Below, piece by piece: positions 40,208 to 53,563 of a stretch of 64,000 nt of DNA. The DNA comes from Paraspadella gotoi (Eukaryota > Animalia > Chaetognatha), in contig CM119266.1 of the NCBI GenBank assembly GCA_051294375.1, forward strand, positions 11,546,881 to 11,610,880, written 5' to 3'. The notes under the pieces are model-generated. The model was not told where the DNA came from. It ran no database searches and saw only the letters and a list, made by a program, of their open reading frames with translations. Position 1 is the stretch's first letter. Each line of letters starts with the position of its first letter. The position numbers and the translations under genes were made by a program.

Positions 40208-43200
40208 TCACAAAGCGCTCGAGTTAGGTTCTCGTTCCGGCGTCACGTCGCGCGCTTCTGACGCCGTCATTTCCGTTTCAAACGTCTCGGTGGCGCCCCT
40301 GGAACCGACGGGGAATCAAAATCGTTACAGGTCATATTTACACCTCACCTTTCAATCACGCTTTAACGTCATTGTATTATTTCATGCTATCACGTTTTGT
40401 GCCAAGACTTGAGGTCATCGGATTATCTCACTGCTTTACGTATCGGTATCACTTCAAGGCATCATGTCATATTATTGTCGTGGTTTCACGTCCGAGCAAA
40501 AAACATCACCTATTACGTCAAATATTACGTCACGAGGTTTCATCCAGTCTCACCTCGTCTGCAAAGTCGGATGTGGAGCGGAGTAGATTGGCTCGTTTTT
40601 GCTGGTCGTCGCTTCGCTCACCTTTGAATTGTATTAATCAAAATTATTATTCATTTAAATTCTTTAAGTCTTTACCTTGTATATACCTTGATTTTAATTT
40701 CTTCACCTCGTACTTCTTTCAAAATTTCCATTTCAAATTTGGAGGCCTGTTGCAAATGGGAGGGATTTGAAAGCAAAATATTGAAACCAAATCATTTAAA
40801 TTTTTATTAAAAATCTTGTCGAACTGAAACATGCGCTCGATATTACAGCAATAAACATCACGGAAATAAACTTAATAGTGAGAAACAAAAAAATTTTTTA
40901 AAAATGCATCAGGCTAAATTCTCGAAAAAGAATCCAAGGGAAGTAGTATCAAAATTGTTACTAAAAGGTGCGGAGTAGTGATTTTTCAAAACGCAGAAAA
41001 TACAAATCAATCCACGATTACTTTTTTCAAAAATTATCTTTGAGATGTGCCAACAACAGTGAAGTTTCAAAGACTAAATTTCCAAACACAATTATTTAAA
41101 CTATCAAAAGTATTGCTACGGACGTACTTCAGTTAAGCAAGTATTGTGAGTAGTAGGACGGCGATGATTCAATGATCCCTTAACAGAGTGTAAAACAATG
41201 TATTCGTGATTTCGTTCCTTGTTTGCTAAACAACTAATTAACTCAACAAGGGAAGGTTTTATGTTATCATTTTAAAAGAACTATTAGAGAAATGAAAGTT
41301 TTATACCTTTTTTCTTTTGATGATTTTTGGGAAATTCATCGTTGGCAGATAAGAACAAAAAAGACTTCGAAAAGTCTTCAAAAAAAAAAAAGGAAAGTTC
41401 GATGATTAAAATCATTAGTTTGGAATAATTCACATAAAAATCTATTTCTAAAAATAAAAAGGTCAGTTCTAAAGGTATAACCTCACCTGACGGTATTGGG
41501 CGCTCATGATGCAACAAAGAACAAAGTTAATGGAAGAATTGATGAGGACAGCGCCGTCGAAAAGATCCCCGAACTTGGTGTAGTGGGTTTCGAAGACTGA
41601 AGGATCGATGGCACACCTGGACCATCCGGTTGTTGACATTACATTTCAAAAAAAAAAATAAATAATCGAGTTTATTATAGTAAATGCGATACGGATTTTT
41701 TTTTTGGTCATAGTAAACTGTAAATGCGGAAACTTCTAATTTTTAGCAACTTACGTGACTTATGGTGGACAAAGTTTTGAAAGGTTCTCACCAAATGAAC
41801 ATAATTCCGTTGGGAAGTTCACAGATCCAGAAAAGCAAGACGATGGCCAAGAGCATTGCCGTCGTCCGCGAATGCTGATTCCATTTGTCGGACTGGTTAC
41901 TCTTGCCCGACTTTCCGCCGGTCTGGCCCGTCGGACTGTCCTGCTTTGATCGTACAAGGGATGGGAAGAGAGTGGAAAATTGACGGCGTCGTCAGGGAAG
42001 TCGGGGAAGGACATAGTTACTTTGAAATCCGGAAGGTGATTCTTAACTTAGCATAATTCTACTTTCGCCAACGGGGTGATTGGCAGGTATGGGTTAAGAG
42101 TGGTTTTGGGGTATTTTAAGATAAGGGGTACTTAGAAGACAGTTAAAGAATAATTTTTATCATTTTTTAAAAATAATATTATTATACATTATTACTCAAA
42201 AAAGGAAAACTCTCAGTCGGCGAAAATGAAATTTTTACCTTAAGTAATCTTTACAATACGTATTTTGAAAATTGCAAAATATAACATCGATGTTTTTAAT
42301 ATTTTTCCGATATATTATTTTTCTTTCCCTTCTCTCACTGTCATAATGGTTTTCCCTTTCTTCTTTAACAGATTCATGTGACGCTTGTAGATTTGACGTC
42401 GAGAATACAGAAGGACGAAACTGAGAGAGATGAGGAGAAAGCAGGGAATCGTTTTGAAGGCGAGGGCTTCGATCCAGAAGTCGATCTGCGGGCGGAAGAT
42501 CGAAAGATGTTGCTGGGGGATGATGTGACAATTTTAATCTAACGAAATTTTTTAGAAATTTTGAATTAAAAAACAGAACTGGAAATGGAAAGTTATATTA
42601 TTTTCACATTATCATGCAAGTTTGCAATGAGGCTAAGATATTGATCAAGTGAAAATTGATATTTTACGAAATTATATTAAATTAAATGAACTTCTAAAAT
42701 GGACAAAAACTCGTAAGAAAGCTCGACATTACTAGTTGTCCTAACAATTGTGCAATGCTTTTAAAAAGATAGGTCGATACCTTTCTGAAGTTCGAGTGAG
42801 ATTTTTGGACTTACCCTGTGCATCTGCAAGTCGTTCTGAGCCTGACGAACCCACCAAACAGTCACGTTCCCTTCGCCCTCGTTCTCGGGCAGTCCGAACG
42901 TTTGTCTGAACAGAAAAGAACAAAGTGATTCCTTTTATTTTGAACATTTTTTTTTCTTTTTTGACATTTTGTTTTTATGGTGCATCGAAAACGGATAAGA
43001 AATTGACAACATTCTGGCAGAATTAGAGTTTTTCGAGAAGGCCTTTGCTTTGAGAAAGTCGATGGCGGATTTTCTTTCGTCGATCCCCATCCCCATCCCC
43101 ATCCCCATTCCCCATCCCCATCCCCATCTCTACCCCCCCTCCCCTAATTGACAAATCCTGTCACAACAAATCGTTCAAAATCGATTCCGAGCCAAAAAAA

Positions 43201-43323
43201 ATGACAGAATTTTGTTGTTTTTTTTTAATTCGTTCGAATTAATTCCGCGAATAAATTTTTTTTATTTTCGGCGGGGAGCAAAATATCGGCCGAGAAGGGG
43301 AAATTATCGAAAACGATTAACTC

Positions 43324-43363
<40 letters not shown>

Positions 43364-45575
43364 GCAAATAAATGACGTGAATAATCGGGTGGGTTGGGAA
43401 GGGCTTTGAGAAAGAAGAGATTCGCCTGAGAAGTGCATCTCACTTGTAAACTTGTAAACCAAAGAATCTGCTTTAGACCATGGGAACCATGGGTAGTTGG
43501 GTACCATTGGGTAGCAAGAGTCAACTTTAGGAGGGAATAGTCAACTTTGCTAATTAACTGGGGGCGCTGCGGGAACGAACCCAAGACGGACGTCTGCGCC
43601 CGCTCGGCGCTCGGCGATCGGCCACACCGGCTTTGTAAACGAAAAAGAAAAAAACCGAATCGCTTGGCTGCGCGATTTGAACGAAAGAGCGAAGGACAGA
43701 GCGAGCGTTGGAGAGTGAGGAGAATTATACCAAGGTCTTACAATTTCAAATTATTCTTCGCTCCTCTTTTCTTTCGCCTCTCAATACAATAACAAGAAGC
43801 GATACTTGGTTTTTCCTTTACCTGGCGACTTCGTAACTCAAGTAGAGCGGAATGCAGGCGACGACGACGGCGACGACGACGAGAACGATGACGATCTTTG
43901 CGTGGGCGTAAGTGGCCCATTTCCGATTTCGCCCCAAAACAGCGGCGCATCGAACTAAAGGGGAAATTTAGATTTATGGGAGTAGTTGAATATGTAAGGT
44001 AATGCTTAAGTGAGTAGACAGTAGAAAATGAGGTTGAGTTGAAAAAAAAATTATAAACATTAACGATTTATTGTATATATAATCGCCTATGATACCCGGG
44101 GCGTGTTGACCGCCTCCTGTCACTGGGATTGAACCAGGTACGCACGGTTGAAACGAGATTATTTAGCCTTCTTAGCCTTCTTAGCCTTCTTAGCCATTGA
44201 GCCGAGTATGGACAACAGAGTCGTGCTGCCACAATATTTAATTTTGAATTCCGCTTTTATATATTGGAAATAATTAATTTTCCTAATCTTCTTAGTCAAA
44301 AAAAAAAAAAAAACTCGGAAAAATAATTATCTCCAGTCACTTCATCAAGAAGAAGAAAATAAAAAGTTGGTCGTCGCCTCATCGTTTTTCGTGTTCATCT
44401 ATTTTTTTATAAAAATCTAAAAAAAAAGAACAAAACAAAGAGAAAGATGTTTTGTCGCGTCGACAAAATGGGAAATCCTTCCTCTGACGCCCGATACTTT
44501 GACGACGCGTGACTCTCGCGCGCGCCATCAAAATCCAGAACGCGTAATTGGGGAGGGGTGCGTTCACACGCACGACAGCGCCTTTCGCACGCATGGTTTC
44601 GTTCTCGATCCAAACGCACTCATGAAGTCGCCTCCCCAGTCACGTTCGGGCACGCAAGGCTGGCAGAGCGCAATGCGGAGGCGTGAAAGAAGAATTTCCG
44701 GTTGATACGGTTCTCTTCAATGTAATCCTTTTTGAATTCAGTTTGAATATTGTTACAAAAAATTATAAATATTATAAAAAAATGTACAATGGCAAAAACC
44801 AAAAGGCAATTCAAGCACACGACTCTAAAATAACATATATTTTTTTATTGGTTGTACCAATTTCATAGACACTTTAACCTTTTAAAGCCTGTTTTTTTTT
44901 TCTTTTTTTCATGAATAAATTTTAGGAACCTCTCAAGGGATTCATATTTTTCAAACTACAATGGCGATGAAAAATGCAGAAAGCCAATAAAAGAAATAGG
45001 AAATGGAAAGAACCTTTGATGTTTCAAAGTTTAAGACCCTAAAGTACGTATCTTAATACATTTATACTTATACGTAATTTACAAATTATAAAAGTGTAAC
45101 AAACTTAAAATATTTTATTTAAATTTAATTTCATATTCATAATATTTTTTTTTAAGTTTGGTTAATAACTTTTTTTTGCGCCGAGAAAAAAATTCTGTGT
45201 CAAGACAAATTTGTCAGTTTCCATTTATTGCGAACAAAAATCGTAAAAGAAAATCATAACCGAGCTTACGAGTTCTTAGTATGACGGCAAAGGCATCGGT
45301 TTTATGAGAATAGTCCTCAAGTGCTCAGTAAAGAAGGCGAGATAAGAATGAAAAAGGAAAGGAGAGAGAGAGAGAGAGGGAGAGAGAGAAAGAGAGTAGA
45401 GAGAGAGAGAGAGAGAGATCATCCTTTAATTTCGTTCATCTGATAGTATTTTTTTTTCTTACGATAGAAACATAATTCTTTAAAAACTTTTTCAATATCT
45501 GTGAAAAGGTTGTGGATAAAAATTTTTTCTATACATAAGTTGCATTTTGAATCAAAAGAATTTCTCTCTCTCTCT

Positions 45576-45655
<80 letters not shown>

Positions 45656-45663
45656 TCTCTCTC

Positions 45664-45731
<68 letters not shown>

Positions 45732-45949
45732 CCTCTCTCTCTCTCTCTCTCTCTCACCTATTATGGCTCTGAACGTGGCCAGGCTGACGGTGAGCCAGAT
45801 GGAGATGGTGTGACAGGTGATGGTGCAACAGGCGGCGAAGAGTGCCAGGCGCACCATGGATTTCGGGTGATCGAGATGAGGCGCTGCCACGGTGTAGTGG
45901 TAGTAGTAGACGACGTAGGGCAGATAGACGATCATCGTGGCTGAGAGAA

Positions 45950-46009
<60 letters not shown>

Positions 46010-47675
46010 CAAGGCGAGAAATCAAGGAACATTTTCCCATTCATCTTTTTGTTTTTTGGTCTTTTTTTTTCTTTACTGTTTTTTTTTTTTTTTTTTTTTT
46101 TGCCAAATCGTCACCATTGATTCGGAAAATGTTGTCACAATGTTTGAAGTTGCTAGTGAGATCACTGTACCGACGTTAGCCGTCTTTTAAGATTTATAAT
46201 CTCTTTTTTTTTAATTCATGCCGAAACAGTTATCGCTTTCTGCGTTTTTCTTTGATGTATGTTCGTTTACACCTGAAAGAATTCGTTCGCAGCGCGAAAT
46301 AAAAACGGAAGAACAAGAAACACATCTTCCACTTTGTTTTAGTTGTCGTCGTCGTCTTCGTCGTCGCTCAGGGCAACATCAATTTCCTAAAAAATTTTAG
46401 AACGTTTTGTTTGGTCCTCGTCGTCATAAAAAAAATGAAGAAGAATGAAATGTTTTTTCGCTGTCATTCTCGTTCGCTTTCGCTCTATGATGTAAAGGTC
46501 AAAAGTATTATGCATTATCCATTTTGTATTGATTATCCATTATCCCTTATCCATTATGTATAGTTTATGTCGGTCTTTCCGAAAAAGTTACTCAGAGAAA
46601 ACTTCGTCTGAAAGTCTGATGGATTTTCTCTTTAGTTCAAACTGGCCAAGGTTCATTTACCTCCTTTCTTTTCTAACAAAAACAATAAACAAAGTTTCGT
46701 GATGAATTTCCCCGTCTTCTTCCCTGTTTTTTTTTTCTCCGTTCGTTTCTTTTATTTTTATTTCCTTTTTGCTCGGCGACTGCTTCTTTGCCAAAAGTTT
46801 TTCTCCGCCACATTTACCTTACTCGATCATCGCCGTCTCGCTTTAAAAGAAAAGACATCTACGTAACAGAGCAACATGAAATGTTCGGCTTTCTCTCAGA
46901 CCGAAGATAAATTGCAAGTTGTCCGAGAAATTTCTCAAAATTTCTGTATAATCGAACTTTTATTTGAATACAATTATACAATTACCCAACCATCTACTCG
47001 TATTCCCCCCCAACCAATACCGGCGTCGGCGACGGCAATGGCGGCCAAGATGAGATTGGTCGGGCTTCTCATCTCCTTCCGCGTGAGAACTACGACGTTG
47101 AGGAAATTGTTGACGATGCCGAAGGAGCACATCACCAGCGCTACCCATCCGTGGATCCCCGAGTAGAGCTTGGACCCTCGCTCCAGCAGCTCGATCGCGC
47201 TCAGGCGGGCCGGTGGAGCCGCTGGGTCAAAGGAAGGCGATCGATTTTGAAGGAATGAGGTTTTTTTTTTTTAAAGAAAAGGAAAAGTTATTTTAAGGTA
47301 TGCTCAGGAAGGGAGAGAAGGAAGCTAATAAGCTGTGATTAAAGAGGAAATTACTAAAATTAGTCGCGATGCTGTCAGATGCAATCAAGCGAGACGGAAA
47401 TTACTGATTTGAAGTTTTGATGATTGGGAGATCGAAAATAAGGAATGTAAGAAACATAAATTCTAAGGAAGTGAAATGTTATTAAACCAGAAGTGACAGG
47501 ATGTGTATGAAAAAGATACCGAAAGTTAAGATTAATGATCTATTGGGATGAGATGACACAAAGATTTGTTGAAAGTGATTTGTGAGGAAACTGTGAAGGA
47601 GTTAAACGTCAGTGAGTTGATTGAATCAGACGATGGAAGAGCGGAAGGTGAGAGAGGTCTTCGAAAATCTCATCT

Positions 47676-47720
<45 letters not shown>

Positions 47721-48155
47721 GTCCAAAGAAATTCTTTTTCTCACTAAATCTTAATAGGCAACGAAAGAAAGAAACAACACAATGTATGATCTTCTCATAA
47801 AACTAAATTAGGAAAGTTATACCGATGATTAATGGATTATATCATCAGAAAATACCGAATTTACATAGATCTGCTAATTATTCTCGTTACAAGTATTTTT
47901 TTTTCGAAGAAAGGTCTACTTAAAAACTATTAAAGCATTTAGGTATTAATAAAGTATAAAAGAATTCAAGTTCCTCAGGTTTAAAAAATACATTACTTTC
48001 CCTGCCCTCAATAAATGAGAGAACGGAAGCCAAATAACACGAAGTGGCGAAAGAAAGGAATCTAACTTACCTTGACAATCTAGCTTACCTTGACCGAATT
48101 CGTCGTCGTCGTTTGACGTGACGTTGAAAAATGTCAAATCCTGACCTTTTTCCAT
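40208..48155 (-). CDS. Class A peptide GPCR, DMSR/myosuppressin-receptor-like
   Basis: Phase-consistent exons 48155-48089, 47221-47021, 45940-45758, 43954-43822, 42905-42815, 42485-42339, 41940-41792, 41616-41487, 41375-41307, then less certain tail exons 40746-40687, 40621-40554, 40298-40208. Family motifs: IHGWVALVMCSFGIVNNFLNVVVLTRKEMRSPTNLIL, YLPY, HTISIWLTVSLATFR, FWIEALAFKTIPC, RTTAMLLAIVLLFWICELPNG, GDLFD..LINSSINFVL..MS.QYRQTF. Confidence 0.88.
44100..44206 (-). mobile_element. tRNA-derived SINE-like fragment with an internal 9-bp triplication
   Basis: Minus strand A-box-like CGGCTCAATGG and B-box GGTTCAATCCC. CGCCTCCTGTCACTGG is also present at ~17067-17083. Confidence 0.45.
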
Positions 48156-48618
48156 TTTGTCGATGGATTATCGTTCGAGAAATAAACTCTGAAATGAATC
48201 GAATAAAAGAATGAGATTTAAAAAGAAAAAAGGGAAAGAAAAAAATAATGGAAGAAAATGGACAGAGGGACAGAACCAAAAAGGGATAAATATATATCTA
48301 AAAGGGCGTAAGTCGATTTTAGAAAACACAAGTCAATACAAGTTGAAGTTCTTCTTTTTTTTTTCAAATCGCCAGCATGTAAAATTTTTTGGTTATTTTC
48401 GCTTGGAACTAAACGCGAATTTCCGTTTCTTGGTTGGCCAACATTCTTCATCAATTAGTTGTGATTTGATTGCAATATTATTAAATAGAGGATAAATTTT
48501 GCCTAAATTATGGCTTCCGTCTTCTGTTTTAACCCTGAAAAACACATGTCAACTTGTGAACCTGTGAAACTTAACTTTTTAGCCTTATGGCGTGACATCT
48601 CTTTGCGTATAAAAGTCA

Positions 48619-48676
<58 letters not shown>

Positions 48677-49993
48677 ATCTTTCTCTATCTAACTCATTAA
48701 TGAGGTTCGATTTTTTTTTTCAGACTGAAACTGAAACGATAATGATTATTCGAAAAACCAAGAGGAGTGAAAATATGCAAATTATAAATCAGGCAATAGG
48801 GAGAACGAGCTATTTAGGGAAAGAATATTGTCAAGAAAATTGCAAATTTTTTCAAACTAAACTAAGTTAAACTAAATAATCAGGTGGGATATAATTACTG
48901 TGGATCTAATTCTAAGTAATTTATCTTCCCTCGACTGGAAAAGCGGAAAACAAAATGAAATTGGTTTTGGAAAGTCGAATTCAACTTTAAGGAAAAAAGA
49001 TTTGTCTTTTGTGTCTGAAACCGAATATTGAGCATCTCAGGCCCACTACATTTCGCGTCACCCATTTTAGAGTTTGAATTATTCGTTGTGTCGGAATAAA
49101 AACCTCATCACCAATTTTTTTTTATTCGTCGTAACGTAAGTTGCCGCCAAACTGTTTACCACGATTACGTGAAATGGCGGGAAAATGAAGTGGAAACGAC
49201 GACGACACATCAAATATATACAGACTGTTGCTTTTTTGATGAGCGACGCTGAAAAACCACGATTTTTCCGCCTTTTTAACGAGGAAGGAAGAAAAGGAAA
49301 AAATATGGGAGAAGGAGAGGAATAAGGAAAAGAAAGATAAGGAAAGGGAAGAAAAGGAAAAGAGGTGGAAGAAGGAGAGGAATAAGGAAAAGAAAGAAAA
49401 GGAAAAAGAAAAGAAGGAGGCGTTTATAAAGAGGCTTTTCGTAGAGTAGTATTTGTAGGCGAGAAAGTTGTCGATGTTGAAAGTCGCCTATCTTTTCGGA
49501 AATCTCCCCATTTCAGCCTATATTCATAATTAAGTTAAAAGATTAGGACGCTTTCGAAAAATAGTGCCGATCGTATGTGAAAAGAGGGGGAAAAAAAGTC
49601 CATTGTGACAGTTTCTCTAAAGATGCGAGAGATGAAATATCGTAGATCGTTTGAGTCAATAGAAAGAGAGATAATTTCCAAAGAGATTCCATTGGCAATG
49701 GTAGGCGATTCCATTATGACTCAGATTCAACGAGATTCTTGAAGTTGAGAATATTATAATGTTGAAGGTGATTGTTTAGAGATTTCCAAGAATGGGGACT
49801 TTGATATAATGGTCGGGTGTATGTATAAAAGTTACGTATGTGTCCAGTATTGGATATAAACTTTTGAACTTTTGCTTAATTTATGATAGTTGTTCCTAAA
49901 AGAGAAAGAGAAAGGAAGAAAGAAAGAGAGAGAGAATGAAATACGACTTAGTATAAAAAAAGTGGAGACTTTTATAAAGAAAATAAAAGAGAG

Positions 49994-50030
<37 letters not shown>

Positions 50031-50037
50031 GAGAGAT

Positions 50038-50127
<90 letters not shown>

Positions 50128-50646
50128 AAAATATGGAGAGGGATTGAGAAGTAAAAAAAAAGGGAAAAACTAACAGACAATCAATTGATGTCAAAGAGCA
50201 GAAAAAAAACGAAGGCCTCCTTCCAACTTTTCACACCTTGTCGACAACAAGAGAAAAGCCACAAGTTTCAGCGCGTGAAACTCGGGTCTCGATCTTTCGT
50301 TGTGAACGCCGTGAATGCGGATGACTTTGGTGAGGCGTCGCTCGCTCGTTTCGTTTTCTTATCGTTGTTTTTATTCTTGAGTCTTGACGTCGTTGTTGTT
50401 GTGGGTGAAGAGGATTTGCGTTGGAATGAGTTTCCCGATTCTTTTTGTCCCTAGATTTTGGTGTAACCAAGATTTCGATTTTGCCTGATTTCTCTATTTT
50501 TTTTTGCAAGGAGAAGACAACGACCCCGAAGAATAACCCTGTCAAAGCCGCAATTTTGACTTCGTTTGGCAAAAATGCGAGAATGAGGGAGAGGGGGGAA
50601 GAGAAAAAAAAAAAAAAAGAAGAGAGAGAGAGAGAGGAGAGAGGGA

Positions 50647-50693
<47 letters not shown>

Positions 50694-50701
50694 AGAGAGA
50701 T

Positions 50702-50778
<77 letters not shown>

Positions 50779-51183
50779 AGAGAGAGAGAGACGGGGAAAA
50801 AAAAATAGAGAAATCAGGCAAAATCGAAATCTTGGTTACACCAAAAATCTTAGGGACAAAAAGAATCGCGGAAACTCATTCCAACGCAAATCCTCTTCAC
50901 CCACAACAACAACGACGGTCAAGACTCAAGAATAAAACAACGATAAGGAAAACGAAAACGAGCGAGCGACGCCTCACCAAAGTCATCCCCGCATTCACGG
51001 CGTTCACAACGAAAGATCGAGACCCGAGTTTCACCGCGCTGAAACTTGTGGCTTTTCTCTTGTTGTCGACAAGGTGGTGAAAAGTTGGAAGGAGCCTTCG
51101 TTTTTTTTTCTGCTCTTTGACATCAATGATTGTTGTTAGTTTTTCCCTTTTTTTTTACTTCTCAATTCCCTCTCATATTTTCT

Positions 51184-51238
<55 letters not shown>

Positions 51239-51265
51239 TCTCTCTCTCCTTCTCTCTCTCTCTCA

Positions 51266-51298
<33 letters not shown>

Positions 51299-52631
51299 AT
51301 CTCTCTCTCTCTCTCTCTCTCTCTTTTATTTTCTTTAAAAAGTCTCCACTTTTTTATACTAAGTCGTATTTCATTCTCTCTCTCTTTCTTTCTTCCTTTC
51401 TCTTTCTCTTTTAGGAACAACTATCATAAATTAAGCAAAGTTCAAAAGTTTATATCCAATTACTGGACAACATACGTAACTTTTATACGATACACGCGAC
51501 CCATTATATCAAAGTCCCCGATTTCTTGGAAATCTCTAAACATATCACCTTCAACATTGAAATATTCTCAACTTCAAGAATCTCGTTGAATCTGAGTCAT
51601 AATGGAATCGCCTACCAATTGCCAATGGAATCTGCTTGAAATTATCTCTTTTCTATTGACTCAAAACGATCTACGATATTCATCTCCGCATCTTTAGTAG
51701 AAACGTCACCAAATGGACCTTTTATTACCCCCCTCTTTTCACATACGAATCGGCCACTATTTTCTTCGAAAGTCGTCCTAATCTTTTAACTTAATTATGA
51801 ATATAGGCTGAAATGGGGAGATTTCCGAAAGATAGGCGACTTTCAACATCGACAACTTTCTCGGCCTACAAATATACTCTACGAAAAGCCTCTTTATAAA
51901 CGCCTCTTCTTTTTTTTCCTTTTCTTTCTTTTCCTTATTCCTCTCCTTCTTCCACCTCTTTTCCTTTTCTTCCTTCCTTATCTTTCTTTCTTATTCTCTC
52001 CTTCTCCATATTTTTTCCTTTTCTTTCTTCCTCGTTAAAAAAGTCGGAAAAATCGTGGTTTTTCAGCTCGCCTCATCAAAAAAGCAACAGTCTGTTATTT
52101 GGATTGTCGTCGTCGTTTTCCACTTCATTTTCCCGCCATTTCACGTAATCGTGGTAAACAGTTTGGCGGCAACTTACGTTACGACGAATAAAAAAAATTT
52201 GGTGATGATGGTTTTTTATCCGACACAACGAATAATTCAAACTCTAAATGAGGCTGACGCGAATTAGTGGCCGAGATGCTCAATTATTCGTTTCAGACAC
52301 AAAAGACAAATCTTTTTTCCTTAAGTTGAATTCGACTTTCCAAAACCAATTTCATTTTTGTTTCCGCTTTTCCAGTCGAGGAAGATAAATTACTTATAAT
52401 TAGATCCACAGTAATTATATCCCACCTGATTATTTAGTTTAACTTATTTAGTTTGAAAAAATTTGAATTTTCTTACAATATTCTTCTCCCTAAATAGCTC
52501 GTTTCTCCTATTTGCCTGATTTATAATTTGCATATTTTCACTCCTCTGTTTCGAATAATCATTATCGTTTCAGGTCAGTCTGAAAAAAAAAAACGAATCT
52601 TCATTAATGAGAATTAAGATAGAGAAAGAGT

Positions 52632-52688
<57 letters not shown>

Positions 52689-53563
52689 GAGGGTTGGACT
52701 TTTATCAGCAAAGAGATGTCACGCCATAAGGCTATAAAAAAAGTTAGTTTCACAGGTTTCACCAAGTGACATGTGTTTTTCAGGTTAAACAGAAGACGGA
52801 AAGCATAATTAGCAAAATTATCCGTCTATTTAAATAATATTGCAATCAAATCACACAACTAATGTGATGAAGAATGTTGGCCAACCAAGAAACGAAATTT
52901 CGCGTTAGTTCCAACGCGAAAAATTAACCAAAAAATTTTACATGCCTGGCGATTTGAAAAAAAAAAAGAAGAACTTCGAACTTTATTGACTTGTGTTTTC
53001 TAAAATCACTTACGCCCTTTAGATATAATTTTATCCCTTTTGGTTCTGTCCTCTGTCCATTTTCTTCCATTATTTTTTTCTTTCCCTTTTCTCTTTTTAA
53101 ATCTCATTCTTTTATTCGATTCATTCATGAGTTTATTTTCTCGAACGATAATCCATCGACAAAATGGAAAAAGGTCAGGATTTACATTTTCAACGCTCAC
53201 GTCAAACGACGACGACGAATTCGGCAGGTAAGCAAGATTTCAAGGTAAGTTAGATTTCCTTTCTTTCGCCACTTCGTGTTATTTGGCTTCCGTTCTCTCA
53301 TTCATTTATTGAGGGCAGGGAAAGTAATGTATTTTTTAAACCTGAGGAACTTGAATTCTTTTATACTTACTTAATACCTAAATGCTTTAATAGTTTTTAA
53401 TTAGACCTTTCTTTCGAAAAAAAAAATACTTAGTAACGAGGAATAATGCCTAGCAGATCTATGAAAATTCCGGTATTTCTGATGGATATAATCCATTTAA
53501 TCATCGGCTATAACTTTCCTAAATTTAGTTTATGAGAAGATCATACATTGTTTGTTTCTTTCT
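47766..53563. repeat. Large inverted duplication: arms ~47766-50505 and ~50797-53563, ~290-bp spacer
   Basis: The arms are reverse complements along their length (e.g. GPCR exon 1 at 48089-48155 reappears at ~53164-53232). Differences are mostly 1-nt indels, and the right arm ends at an N-gap. Confidence 0.95.

Noticed and set aside
53164-53232. Second GPCR gene on the + strand
   Set aside because: Only a frameshifted mirror of exon 1 inside the inverted duplication, with no downstream TM exons.
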